From: Phoronis australis
Taxonomy: Eukaryota > Animalia > Phoronida
Direction: 5' to 3'
Length of the DNA: 64,000 nt
Assembly: GCA_002633005.1 (NCBI GenBank)
Contig: NMRA01000960.1
Span: 1-64,000, forward strand
This document shows, piece by piece, positions 39,882-52,105 of this stretch. The first letter of the stretch is position 1. The number at the start of each line of letters is the position of its first letter. Below the pieces are notes generated by a model. It ran no database searches. It saw nothing but the letters and a program-made list of their open reading frames with translations, and had not been told where the DNA came from. The position numbers and the translations under genes are program-made.

Positions 39882-40170
39882 AGCGGGTACAAACCAGCCT
39901 TCCGTCACAAAAAACAACTCTTGGTTTAAGCCACTTACCATTCGGAAATTGCTCTCAAAATTTTCCTTAGTTAAACTAGACGTAGTTTCTGGGTTGGAAA
40001 GAACTGATAGTTCGCAACTGATTGAGACCAGGCTTCACAAGTGGACTTATCAAGGCGTACCATTTTCTTCGTCGAGCACGATCTTGAGCAATAATACACT
40101 GTCATTTCTTTGCAAGACCAAAAAAAAGTCACTTCTCATCTGCATATGGACCAAATTGAGACCAATTTTA
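39882..40170. mobile_element. TTAA-flanked DNA-transposon end; diverged second copy at 45859-46150
   Basis: Both start TTAA|AGCGGGTACAAAC and share colinear blocks (aaaacaact, ttagtt.aact.ga, ttgagac.aggct, tcacttctcat). Copy 2 contains an A27 run at 45969-45995. Confidence 0.65.
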
Positions 40171-41358
40171 TTGTGGTAAGTGGTCTTTTCCACAGAACGC
40201 GGGTTAATTGCCTCTGTGAGTAAACCCGCCTTCTTGAAATGGATCACTTCTTTTGTAAACTTTGTCTCAACTAGACCATTACTCAGATATCGCATATGCG
40301 TGTTTTTATGCCCATGTCCTTGTATAGGAAATAATGCGTTTTCAACATTTGCTACGTACTGAGAATTCCGCACAATATTGACCCACTCCCGAGGATAGTC
40401 TCACTGGCATATTGTTGGAGTCAAATTAATTTTTTTTTGTATTTTTCCCTAAAATGAGTAGTGTCAGCACGTACCTAACAAAAACATGGATTTAAGAGAA
40501 AGTGGGCATAGTTTATTTCAGCAAATTTTTGGCTGATCTACAAATTAAACTTAAGTGGCTAATCTACAAATTAAACTAGCGATGCAGTCGACAATAATAA
40601 GATCTCTTAACTACAGACATTGGTCCTCATTTCATGTTTACGTAGCTGGCACATTTTTCGTCCATAAACCCCTGGTTCCGATAGTACACCTGGTTATATT
40701 TGAAGTTCCACAAAGGTAATCATCTGGCGACTCTTTTCAAGCTCAGAAGTCACCTTTAATCAGACCGTCATTTGAAGTTATCTTTTTAATTTCAAAAATG
40801 AGTATTTTAGTGTGTTATTTTTTGTATTAGTATTATATGATGTACTGTCAAAATACGTTTGCAATAGTGTATTAATTTGATTCTTAGTAGGTGACAAGCA
40901 CTCCAATTCAAGTATACATTTTTGAAATTCTCAGAAACTGCATTCACATTAACTCACAATAAACAGTGTTTTCCAAATAAAGTTCCGTAACATGTCATTG
41001 AACTTCAAATAATTAGTCTCTTGAATCAAACAGAGTTTGATTGACAAATGAACTTCGACTGGCAAATCTAATTGCGACACACTTGATTGATTAATAGACG
41101 AGGGTGAACACCCGAACACTCGCTTATAGCCTCGATAGAAGAGCGAATCTAAGTGAAGAACCAGGTTTTATTTCTTAATGAAAAGTGACCTGTTGTCCGT
41201 CGAAGAAACTTTAGAAGGCTTCAATGCAATTGGCATATCCTTGCTAGTTAGTGATGGAGTAGATGCGTGTATTGCTTGGCCAAGAGACATGTTCTGGGGA
41301 TAACCTCGATAGTGATAATGATAATAATGAGGACTGGTGATGGCAAAAAAATTATATG

Positions 41359-41442
41359 TATACATATACATATACATACACATACATACATACATACATA
41401 CATGCATACATACATACATACATACATACATACATACATACA
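41359..41442. repeat. (TACA)n microsatellite
   Basis: Direct reading. Confidence 0.97.
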
Positions 41443-41646
41443 AGGGCCGCTTCAATAAGGACCACCATACAACACAATAGTTTACAACATAAAACATAAA
41501 ACAAGTAAAGAATACAAAAACGAGGCAGTCATTAGTTTCTATGACACTTCATTATAAGACTGGCAAAAGAAATCAATGGTGTAAATACTTCAATAAATAA
41601 ACAAACATAAATAAACCTTACACCTTACTAAAATAAATATAGGGTG

Positions 41647-41650
<4 letters not shown>

Positions 41651-41697
<47 letters not shown>
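41651..41697. repeat. (AT)n microsatellite
   Basis: Direct reading. Confidence 0.98.
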
Positions 41698-41698
<1 letters not shown>

Positions 41699-42690
41699 GC
41701 AGATTACGACGTGGTAAGCAGAACTTGCGCAAACGCCCTCGCACAACTTTGGTTCGACGGAGATTGTCCAGGAACTCATGAGTATCTGCCGCAGCAGGTG
41801 CGGCTGTCACCACGGCCGGTCAGCACGGAATTGCAGACTCACCAGCGTGACTTCATTTAGAGGACCACAGAGAAGAGCTATCAGCTGTTGCAGCCTTCAG
41901 CAAAGAGTGTAGAAATTAGCCCGAAGGCGCCACCGAAGCGATGTGTCGCCAAATGTTCTGGGATCTAGGTAGGAATGATGCCTTGAGAACAGGCACTGAC
42001 GGCTCCTTCTGTCGGGATACCAACCGAGCTGGATGGGGATACATGATCCGCCAGAATGACCTGACACTTGCAGAAGGATGTGGTTGCCATGCCGTCTACA
42101 CGAGCAGCACACGTATGGAATTCGAGGTTATCTAACAAGCCCTCCTGTGCCTCTCTGAACTGCGCCCTGATGCGACGACAATCATCTTCGCCACTGACTC
42201 GATGGCTGTGCTGACAAGGATCCGCTCTGGTCTGCTCCAAACCAACAGGCTTATCTTCCGGGACCACTGCCCACTCTAACGTGTTTTTGGACCTATATTC
42301 CGGGCCATGCCGGTGTTGTTGTTAAGGAACAAGCTGACTAACTCGCCAGCCACGCTGTGATACCAGTGCCACTGAAGCTTTATACACCTGACGTTAAGCT
42401 GCTTGGTCACCACAATATTGTACTCCGCACAAAAGAACAGCTGGGGGAATACAGCGTGGGCCTTCGCCTTCTGCGACTGGAGGTTCCCTTTGGCCAGTCA
42501 GATTCCACCCACCGGAAAGGTCCTCTGAGAAGACTCCACAATCAGCTCACTACGGGAAACATCACCCGCAATATCCTTCAGCTAATTTTCAGTGGGTGTA
42601 CCTATGGGGAGACGATTTATGCCCAACATCTTCTGTGAACCCACTCGCAGAAGGTAATTCAGGAAATTCAGATAAGCTGATTGATTGTAC
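41698..42690 (+). mobile_element. 5'-truncated, decayed non-LTR retrotransposon fragment encoding RNase H
   Basis: GTDGSFCRDTNRAGWG...SSTRMEFEVI*QALLCL...IIFATDSMAVL then, after a frameshift, WTYIPGHAGVVVKEQAD*LA: RNase HI catalytic motifs with stops and a frameshift. The GC-richer block begins right after the (AT)n tract. Confidence 0.85.
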
Positions 42691-44059
42691 ATAAGAAGTA
42701 ACTACATTTGTATGAGTGTGTGTGAGCGTGCGTCTATGTGTGAAAAAATAGTATTGTTTCTGTGTATGATAGCGTAATTTGTGTATGGTTATTCACGGCA
42801 GACAAGTTGCAGGAGATATGATATTCTGAAGTTAGCCAAATCTGGACATTTTCTAGGATGGTACATAACTTGAACTAGATGGAAATCCGAAGCATCGGGA
42901 GGCACGCCATATGCAGCGATAATTTAGGCTTCCGCACACGATGCCCACTGAGCGGGAGCCGAGTTTTCATAATGTGGGAGGGCTTGCGTTTGGCAACGAG
43001 ATATACATTGTGAGGTTAACTGCCGACCGCGAAACCTCTTCAAGAATATTTTTAAACAATTCCTGACGAAAGCACTATCTCGCAACGTATGCTACTGTGA
43101 GGGAATTTTTGTACTACGCGCGAAGGAAAAACTCTGTAGTCACCACAGAGTTTCTAATCTCCCTCCCACCTATGATAAATGCGCACATGCGCTCACAGTC
43201 ATTCGACAAACAGCTGACTGACAATATTGATATTAACGTCAGATTATCACGTGTGATTGCACTCCGGATCTGAGGTCGACACTATGTCAATATGAGGTAA
43301 GCCAGTGAAGCTACCAATTTCCCAAAAAGAATTCCACTACGACCCCTTTGTAACTAATTTTAAACAGGTAGGACTCGCATCAATTGTCTCTTAATTGGAG
43401 TGGCTTCTGCTTTAAGTCGCCTTTGTTTTGTTTACAAGGGTCAGAGGTCAAATTTTCCACATGAGGGAATGTGCTCTTTTTATGTCTTGCCATACCAAAT
43501 ATGGATACGTAATTTGCTTTGTGGGAGAGAAATCGACGAAATGGCAAGCAATTGAAAGGTCGTTTCTTGAAATTTGAAACTATAAGAAAAATGCTTTGTC
43601 ATCAACAGAAATTCAAAATTTTTACGAACACACCATAGAATGCCTGGTGAACAGGTTGAATTCTGTTCCAATGGCACGGAATCACTCTGAATAAAGCAAT
43701 TAAGTCTGTTTTTTGCGTTCCAGGCCTCTTTAAGAACTAGCGAAATTATGTTGACAGTCAAATGAGTGGGGGATAAAAAATCCAAAACATCCCCAAAGGA
43801 ATTAATGGGGATTTATGCGAACCAAACTAAATTTAAATCCCCAAAACATTATCGTAGTCAAAACAACATTGGCTTGAAAGGTAACTCAATGAAAGTAAAA
43901 GAAATGAAACCACGCGTTGTTATTGTACACAACAGAGTCTTTCGTCCCCATGTGACATCATGAATTCTTGCTTTATGCTTTCTAGCCCGTTCTCAGCTCG
44001 CGACATAAGAAGGCTTTATACCACAATATTAGCCTCGAATGGCCAATACAACCGTGTCA

Positions 44060-44185
44060 TAACTCATTCAGCTATCTCACTAGTGAGATAACGTTTTGGC
44101 GTAAACCGAGACCGGTTTCGAACCCGGACCGCAAGAGTTTCGGGTCGTCGACTTTACTGCTGCACCACTCAGCGGCTGACGTCAC
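44060..44185 (-). mobile_element. tRNA-derived repeat fragment
   Basis: Minus strand reads gtggtgcagcagtaaag...ccgggttcgaaaccgg (A-box-like and B-box hairpin) next to the palindrome tatctcactagtgagata. Confidence 0.5.
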
Positions 44186-44714
44186 CGAATGTGAAAATAG
44201 AATACTTAAATGAGCACGCGCAACAGTCGCTGTTCAACAAAGGGCATTGTAACGACATTTATACGCTATGAAAAATAAGACGCACAACTTCCATAAAAAC
44301 GAGATTTTAATTCAGTGAAATTTTTCTTTCATGTTCTCTCAGTTGTAAATCACCGATCTCCAATTTGAATGCGGATATCGTGTCGGCGGGATCCTTTGAC
44401 TTGAGCATTATACTCAGTTACCAGTGGTAACCTACTTTAGCAGACGACATTTTCCCGGTCGAAGCTTAGCGTGATAAAATGTGTAGTAAGCTATAATATT
44501 TGCAAAATTTATAGATTCACTTTATTTCTATTTTGTTTAAATTTTCAATTGGTTTTGAGTAAAACCATTATTTGACAAAAATAGCTCGGCTTTTCTTAAA
44601 ACGTCATGATCTCCGACCCCGGGCCTCTGACATAGAAAGTAGTTACAGAGCCGAAGCGAGTCGAGAAAGGTAGCTTGATTCATTGCAATGTTTCTCGTTC
44701 AGGATGTGGTATAA

Positions 44715-44868
44715 ATAGATTATTACATGTTCTCAGTCGTTATCCCCCTTATCTAGAGCCCTCGTGGATTGGAGAATCATCGGCTCACGCCCCTCGGGCG
44801 ATAATTCTCCAAAATCCACTCGGGCTCTAGAATACGGGGGATAACGACTTCGCCATGTAATAGTCTAT
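44715..44868. mobile_element. 154-bp nearly complete palindrome (hairpin MITE)
   Basis: atagattattacatg...agtcgttatccccc...tctagagccc...gtggatt...ggagaat mirrors attctcc...aatccac...gggctctaga...gggggataacgact...catgtaatagtctat. Confidence 0.85.
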
Positions 44869-46920
44869 ATGTATCTCATAAATATATAGTTTAAAAGGTA
44901 TACCAATGTCTCTCAAATTAACTGTTGTTTTATTGAACGGAGCTTCATTAAGCACGTCTTAGTGATGATATACTGTTGTACTGTGTGTCTGCGTACAGTT
45001 ATCGATGGAATTTTATCACCTAAACTTGTAATCAATTATACGCTATATTATTGTTCTAATCGTCTAAAACGCAGACGTTTTTAATGAATGTCTGTGGTTG
45101 TATTATTGTTTTAACGGATTATACAGCCAAGATCAAGGGACAAGACCATTGCCAGTGCTTGTCGGGTGAATACCCCTTGAAGTGGATTCCCATTTTTGTG
45201 TTGTTTATTCCATTGTTAGACGGTTCTAGGGCTAGCCTAGTTTGTGTAGACTCGTTTAGAAAATAAGAAGTAAATGAATTTTCGTATGTTCCGTTATGTA
45301 TTGTGGGAATTGGAAAAAAGACGGTTGTATTTAACAACTTCTCCTCACTCTTCAGTCGAGTTCTACTGAGACAAGTTCCATCAAGTCCAAAATTAGCGGC
45401 ACAGAAAAATATTTATCCGTATCGTCAGTAAGCAATTCGAAATCCATGCTATCTCGCTAGTTACCATCGTACGAGTTAGCAGACGCTGATTACCATAAAC
45501 CCGTGAACGCGCACGAAACCGAGATACGCTATCTCGATGTCGATCTTGCAAAGACATAGCAGAAAATGTCTTATAACTAGGAACTCTTCTTTTGCTCATC
45601 TTACATGGAATCACCACGACTTAGACGGGCGTGTCAGCTTTCGAACGAAACTTACGTTGCCTCCGTATTTTATGGCGTTCGAAGGACTCTCCAGATATAG
45701 ATATCGATACAATCATATTTTGGCCCCAGAATTGACTTCAGAAGTGATTTGAAACTTCTGAAGTTTTCATTTTGACACGAGCATTTACCGGTTAATTAAG
45801 CGCAAACTAAAAATAGACACTATTCTGAACACGGCCAATTTAGAGCTAGAATATTTAAAGCGGGTACAAACACGATTTCTATAACAAAACAACTTTTGAT
45901 TCACACTAACAGTTGTAAATTAATCTCAGATTATTCATTAGTTGAACTGGAGGTGATTCCAGGGCCTCAAAAAAAAAAAAAAAAAAAAAAAAAAACTTGA
46001 CAGTTTGTCATGGCTTGAGACAAGGCTCTACAAGTTGGCTTGTCACGGCGTGTCACTTAATGAACAGAACATCATCTCAAGCAATAGCGTTCAAAGGCCT
46101 GAAATCACTTCTCATGTCAGAAAGGACAAGACGAGCCCAAATGTATAGCAGTAAATTGTCTAAATCAAAAGTTCTCTGGTTAGATGGAACACTGGTTTAT
46201 AGCTGCTTCAAATGTTTTTTGAAATTTGGAATGTCTGAGGAAGTGTCAGATCACATTTTTCGAAAAATAAATGTCACATGACTACAGTAACGACCGGATA
46301 TTATATTCATACACAATCTACCGAGTATCGTTTTCATGCTCTCAATATTTTCCCATAACCATCAAGGTTTTAAATTTGTATTGACACATGAAAGGACATT
46401 TGTGACCTTCGGTAGTGAAGACATGTCGTTACCAAGGAGATACCGCGAGATTTCAAGAACAGGAGCGCGTGCCGAAAACACAAGACACTCGCAAGTAAAG
46501 CTAGTTGAACTGGAAAGAGTTTTCACACAACATGCTCCTTGTTTTTTACGTCATGCTGTGTGATTCCTTCCAGTTTGACTTAGTTCGTAAGATGACGCAT
46601 CATAGTTTGCTACTGAACCATTTTTTGGTTGTATAGTCACTGATAATTCTTGACTTAAATTCAGGGAAACGTTGGCGGGTGCATGTATTCATCTGTGTGT
46701 CGAAATGTGAATGTTGGTTCCCATGAAAGGTTTTGTCGTTTTATTTTTGTTCGCTTGTAATGCATGGCGATATCTCACGGTGGCTTGTGTGGTCTGGCTT
46801 TTATCACACACAACTTTGCCTAAGGAAAACAGGCCGGATTCGCGTGTGGAATAACAATCGCGCCATTTCAGGAAAGTGAGTAGATTGATAGCGCCAGCTT
46901 ACTTACAAGCTTTCCATTAA

Positions 46921-47424
46921 GGTTATGCAGGACCTTATCGACAAGTCTGTACATTTGGCCATATTTCTGGAAAACTTTAAATTTTAACTCGGTAAAAGAA
47001 TAGTTTTATGAAAATACAAATTACGTGGAATTTGATTTCTGACTTTAAACCAATCTGTCAGTAATTAGATCACGTGACCTCTCTTTTTAGGAAAACTTAG
47101 CAAAAAAGAAAGGTACACTCATGACCAAAATTCGAAGATGCAAATGTTCAAGATAAAATGTCAAAAGCGTTGCTTCAGTTTTCTAATTTATCGTTTCGCT
47201 TTCGTTTTATGCAACTTGAAATTATTTTTTTAAAAAATCCGTAAGTTTTGCTTGATATCCTCTCATGCGAAAATGGAACTTTTTAAAAACAATCGCTAAT
47301 AGCGTTTTAGAGAACAGCATATAAAGTATAGTATCTGAGACTTTCATGTGAATCCGGTCAGCTATTTCTGAGGTACGCTGTTCCAAAGTTGGCCAAAATT
47401 GTAATTTTAGGGTCCTACGTAACA
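46921..47424. mobile_element. TTAA-flanked non-autonomous DNA transposon (Kolobok-like MITE)
   Basis: TTAA|GGTTATGCAGGACC ... GGTCCTACGTAACA|TTAA (imperfect 14-bp TIR). Confidence 0.7.
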
Positions 47425-50400
47425 TTAACACGGGAAGTAAGAAATTTATAACCATCTAAATTGAGATTTTTCAGTGAACCGACTGAATTATTGTTTCAAA
47501 GTAAATGCAAATGCAAATGGAAAATGGCCACAAAACTACATCCGATGCCGACTGAAATTTTAAAATCATTCATAACCATTTTTTATTTTTGAGTATTAGT
47601 GTGGCATAAATTAGATGATCAGCACAGTCAGTATAATTGTTAAATGTCATATCTAGACTTGTAAGTAGAAATTAGAAGTGAATAATTATCGCCTACACGA
47701 ATGCCTATGTTCAACTGGGTTTCTGACTACAGAGTTTTGTGAATATTCTTCGTCTAAGTATTGACTAGATGACTTCACTCTATACAAATGAAACTCAAAC
47801 TTACCCACCAAGGACTGCTGTCTTGACCAAGCTAGATGGCTTTAGTGCATTTAAGATCTCTTCAATTTGACGAGCGAATTAATAGCCAGCGCAATTGGCC
47901 GTTGGACCTCTTCAATGGCGATCACGTGATTTCGAGATGCACGGAGGGGGTTGCTGCTGAGCTCTTGGGGCTTAACTCAAGCCTCGTTTGATCCACGCGG
48001 ACACCTCACTCGAGGAACAACGGACAGGTTGGAGAGCATTCCTAACTTCATTGAACATGAACAATTACACTGATTTACACCGACAGTGAGAAGAGTGAAA
48101 AACCGTGTAGCAGATCTCTGTCGCTTGCGCTTAATAAGAAAGACGTTGATGTCTGGGGAATTCACGAGTGGCGTTTCATAAGTATTGAATTGATAGATTT
48201 TTCTCTGTTGGAGATTTGATCAACCAATGAAGAAATAGTCAATCTTCGACTTGGTTACGGTATGTCAAAATTAGATTTACAGAGAACATGCTTATCTTCC
48301 GGACAGATCTCAATTCCACTGGGATTCGGATAATAGTCAGTCACAGGTTTTATAGAAGAGAGACGGCAAATAAAAACTGATGAATGACATGAATTAGTCA
48401 ACTGTCTTTAAAGTTGAATGTTAATCGCTTATGTTGTGATATTATTGCATTTAGTAGTTAAGGGCATTTCTCTGTAAACTTATCTTGAATGACCCCGCCC
48501 ATAACACCGGTTTTTAGCGGCAATTTTTACACATCTTCTAAAACAGTTGACTACCCAGGGGTTATCAATCATTAAGAATTACACTAGAAATTGGATTTTT
48601 GGTGAAATCAATTTAAAGTAATAGCTACTAATGAAACAAATAGTAACCACCGCGTGATTGATATTCGTGCTGCCAGACAACGGAATGTCGACACTGATTT
48701 CGGTACATTTGCATGACGAATACTGTAATCTACCAGACAGATCATCCGAGTATCAAAAATCAATTGATTTCATAAGGCATTCAGGGGCCTCGGTCTAATC
48801 TCCGGTCTCGAAATCGAACTCGAGAAATTAGTTCTGATATTTTCCGTTCTAAGTTTAATGCGGACTCCAGATCAGTATCTGTCATCCTGCATTCAAGCTT
48901 ATTATGGTTTATGCAGATACGTTTCTAGCCCACGTTCGCACTTGATGACCCCTAGATTCGATTTATTTTTCACGAGTTGTATCACTGAGGGGGTGGAAAC
49001 GATTCCACGGCTCGCCTCGAAATCTCAGTTCCGATCCCCTAAACTCCAGTTTCGGGCCACCAAACACCAAGCCCGCTGTATAAATTCCACACCTGTTCCC
49101 CTAATTTCCACCTAAGAACCGAAAATACTCCGTATCCTGTGATTAAACTCACGGGGACCAAAGCGCATCCCTTGCGCACAAGGCCCGCGACAGTGGCTGT
49201 ACTGAGTTCAAACTGGAGCTATAAGGCGACGAACTTGGTGACGGCCTGATAAAAAACTGTCCCACACTTGTCAATAATGCGGCCATGACAGCCCTATGGA
49301 CCGACTGGGGTTCACTGATAGGTTCAACAAGAGGCCGGCCGGATTCACAGCCTCTTATTTGATTAAAAAAAATCCAATTTGAAGTATATGCGATGTTTGC
49401 TTGACTTATTGTACGAGGCTTTCAAGTTTCAGTTTGTTTGTTGTAACTTCAACATATTTCTGGACTCACAATACAGAATTACTCTCGACAGAGATAGTGT
49501 TATTGTTGACTTGTGGCCGTCAATGGGACAAATCATATCGAATTTCGTGCGCCTCAGCCTGAATCTCTCACTTGTAAGTTACCTAGCGCCACATATCGGG
49601 ACGCCGCGACAGCTTACACAAAGTAATTAAGTTGACTGAGTGTGCATTTCCTCTTCCTATCCACAAACCATCTTTCAGTGCGAAATATTATTCCAATTGG
49701 TGCAGAATATCTTATACACTCGCACCAAAATGTTTACAAACCATACACAATAACTGAATAAACACTTAAGCCGTATTAGTACAAAGCGGTATGAGCCTTT
49801 GAATACACAATCAGTTTCGCCAAAAAAAAAAAACGCTCTTCATAAGTAGGATCAATATCTTGAATCAGTTGATCAGAGTCATTAAACAGCAAAACCTATT
49901 TTTTAAATTTTATAAATTGTTTAGACACGCGACTCTCAAGTAGTGTTGCTCCATTAGTGGCAGTCTCTCATGCAAAAATCCTGAAAATATAACAAAAGCA
50001 ACCACGCTATCTATTTTTGTAGATATTGTAAACTCTGGATAAGACTTGCTTCTTCCTCAAACAAAATCCTAATGGTGAAAACATTTTACTTCTAATTACT
50101 ATATAATTAATGTCCTGAAACGCTAATTCCTCTCCACAGGTTCTTAGGAAGATAGAAGCTCATAATCTTAGAGGTTTAGCAACACGCATAGATTGTCTGC
50201 GACCGGTCTTGAAAAACAAACAGCAATCTGCAAAAAATATAAAAGTAGTTGTTCCTCCACTACGAGGAATTGGCCAAGTCTTCTTCATCGGGAACTGTGA
50301 ACTTTATTCACGCGCTGTATTTTGACATATTCGCTTCGGGGCTTCACGAAATTTACCGGGGGTGGATTTTACCTTAATTTGCAGCGTTTTACCTTTTCGA

Positions 50401-51997
50401 CAAATGTAACAACCCATTGCAAGTGCTTGGATTCAAACTAAGCGTCGCTTTCAGCTCGTCGTGACCACTTCTTACAAGCATTACACTCATTCCAATATTG
50501 ATTAAAAGATTTTTCATATTCTTTATTCAACATCTTTTGAAACTGATGAAAACCTTCTTATGCATATATGGTGATAAGGCTCTTACTGAAAGAACCGGAG
50601 AAGTTCGTAGCCACGTAAGCCACTGTCATCTTCTATTAGTTACTGTCCACAGATGGCGTCCGCGATCACAACTGTGCCACTTGTCTAGCTAGTTTACTTT
50701 CACTCCTGCCCATGACAATAGTGTCCAGTGATGCCTGATGTAAACATCACGCCATGAGTTGTTTTCCACACCGTGCATAAAATACCGAAAACGAAGTTAA
50801 AAGGCGATAAATGTCCAGAGAAACTCCCGCAGCCGAGTAGTTCACATTCTTGTGTCCTTAACTGTGTTTAGTACTGGGTCCAAGTTCCTGTCCACAGATG
50901 GCGTCCACAACCATCACTGCTTCCGTTTGTTATCTCACTTAACCTTCTACCCAGAACGATCAATGATTCCCCAGCGCAAGTGTTTAACGCAGAAGTCGTT
51001 TCCCTCACGTGTATAGATTCCTCTTTGAGGCAACAAAGGTTCATAGTCAAGTAATCTACATTCCTCTGTTCTTGATGCTTGTTGTTTGATGATCCAAATT
51101 AAAATGTACGTCGAGTGTCCACCACCAAACCGCTTTCGTTTGTCACCCTCCTTTGAAATCTGCGCTGCAGAGTAAAGTGTTTCACCAGAGCAACTGTGCG
51201 CTGTATGTGCGATAAACCTTCAAAAGAATTTGTCCGGGTCCCCAAAGTTGGTAGAGTCATCAATGCAATCAAGTGTTGCACCGTACTGAGCGTCCGGAAA
51301 ATATATTAGAAATGAAAAACCAGACCATTCATTATTTTGGCGACGAATAACGGATCCTTTTACCAGTAACTGAGTTTGAAACGTCGTTGCAAATTTTTGA
51401 AACGCCCTTTACACGACAGAATGTAATGTATTTATCACTATATTGTTCACAAAAATACAGTTGTGTCATTTACATTTTGTATCAATCCAGAAACTACCTA
51501 TTCTTGCACTAATTTTCGCTTTGTTTGTTACATCGCTTTTGTTGCAGTGTGCATTTTGCATGAATACACACGTTTTGAGTATTTTTAGGATGTCCACTTG
51601 TTAGTGACGTAATTTATGGTTAGTCGGCAGAATCGGTAATTTCTATTCAGTTTCTCTCTCGATCACCTTGAGCTGACAAATAGCATATGCCGTGGAAATC
51701 GACGACATTCCGAGACAGCTATTGTGGTGCAGTGGTTAGAGCATAGACATCACATAGACCGGGTGCGCGCCACTCATACATGCAGCTCGCGTTGTCAGTA
51801 TGACGCCATATTGGAGAGTGGCGGAAAACACTGAGAGCCCTACGGCATCAGTCAGAAAATCGGTGGGCTCGCAGTGTTATGCTTGCAGCCAAAGAGATAA
51901 GTTTTTTGGTCCTGCCTTTGAGTCATGGGTTTTTGGGTTCGGCCATGGAGTTTAGAGGTGCTGCCACTAAATTTTATGTTCTGCCACCATAGTTTAA

Positions 51998-52105
51998 AAG
52001 AGAATGCCACCCGATTTAATTAGTCTTTTTTGCCGTCTTAAACGGTCTATATCCACATCGCCTCGCATACGGTCGACCTTACCTTGCCAAGAGGTGTCGC
52101 GTTAA
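51998..52105 (-). mobile_element. Terminal fragment of the 56090-57699 element family (inverted copy of its right end)
   Basis: TTAA|aagagaatgccacccgatttaattagtc...gaggtgtcgcgTTAA matches the reverse complement of 57592-57703. Confidence 0.85.

Noticed and set aside
41168-41497. ORFs with MYVC/HTYI repeats
   Set aside because: Translations of the (TACA)n microsatellite.
51801-51820. 20-bp match TGACGCCATATTGGAGAGTG also at 55454-55473
   Set aside because: GCCATNTTG-type motif common inside invertebrate DNA-transposon remnants; boundaries could not be defined.
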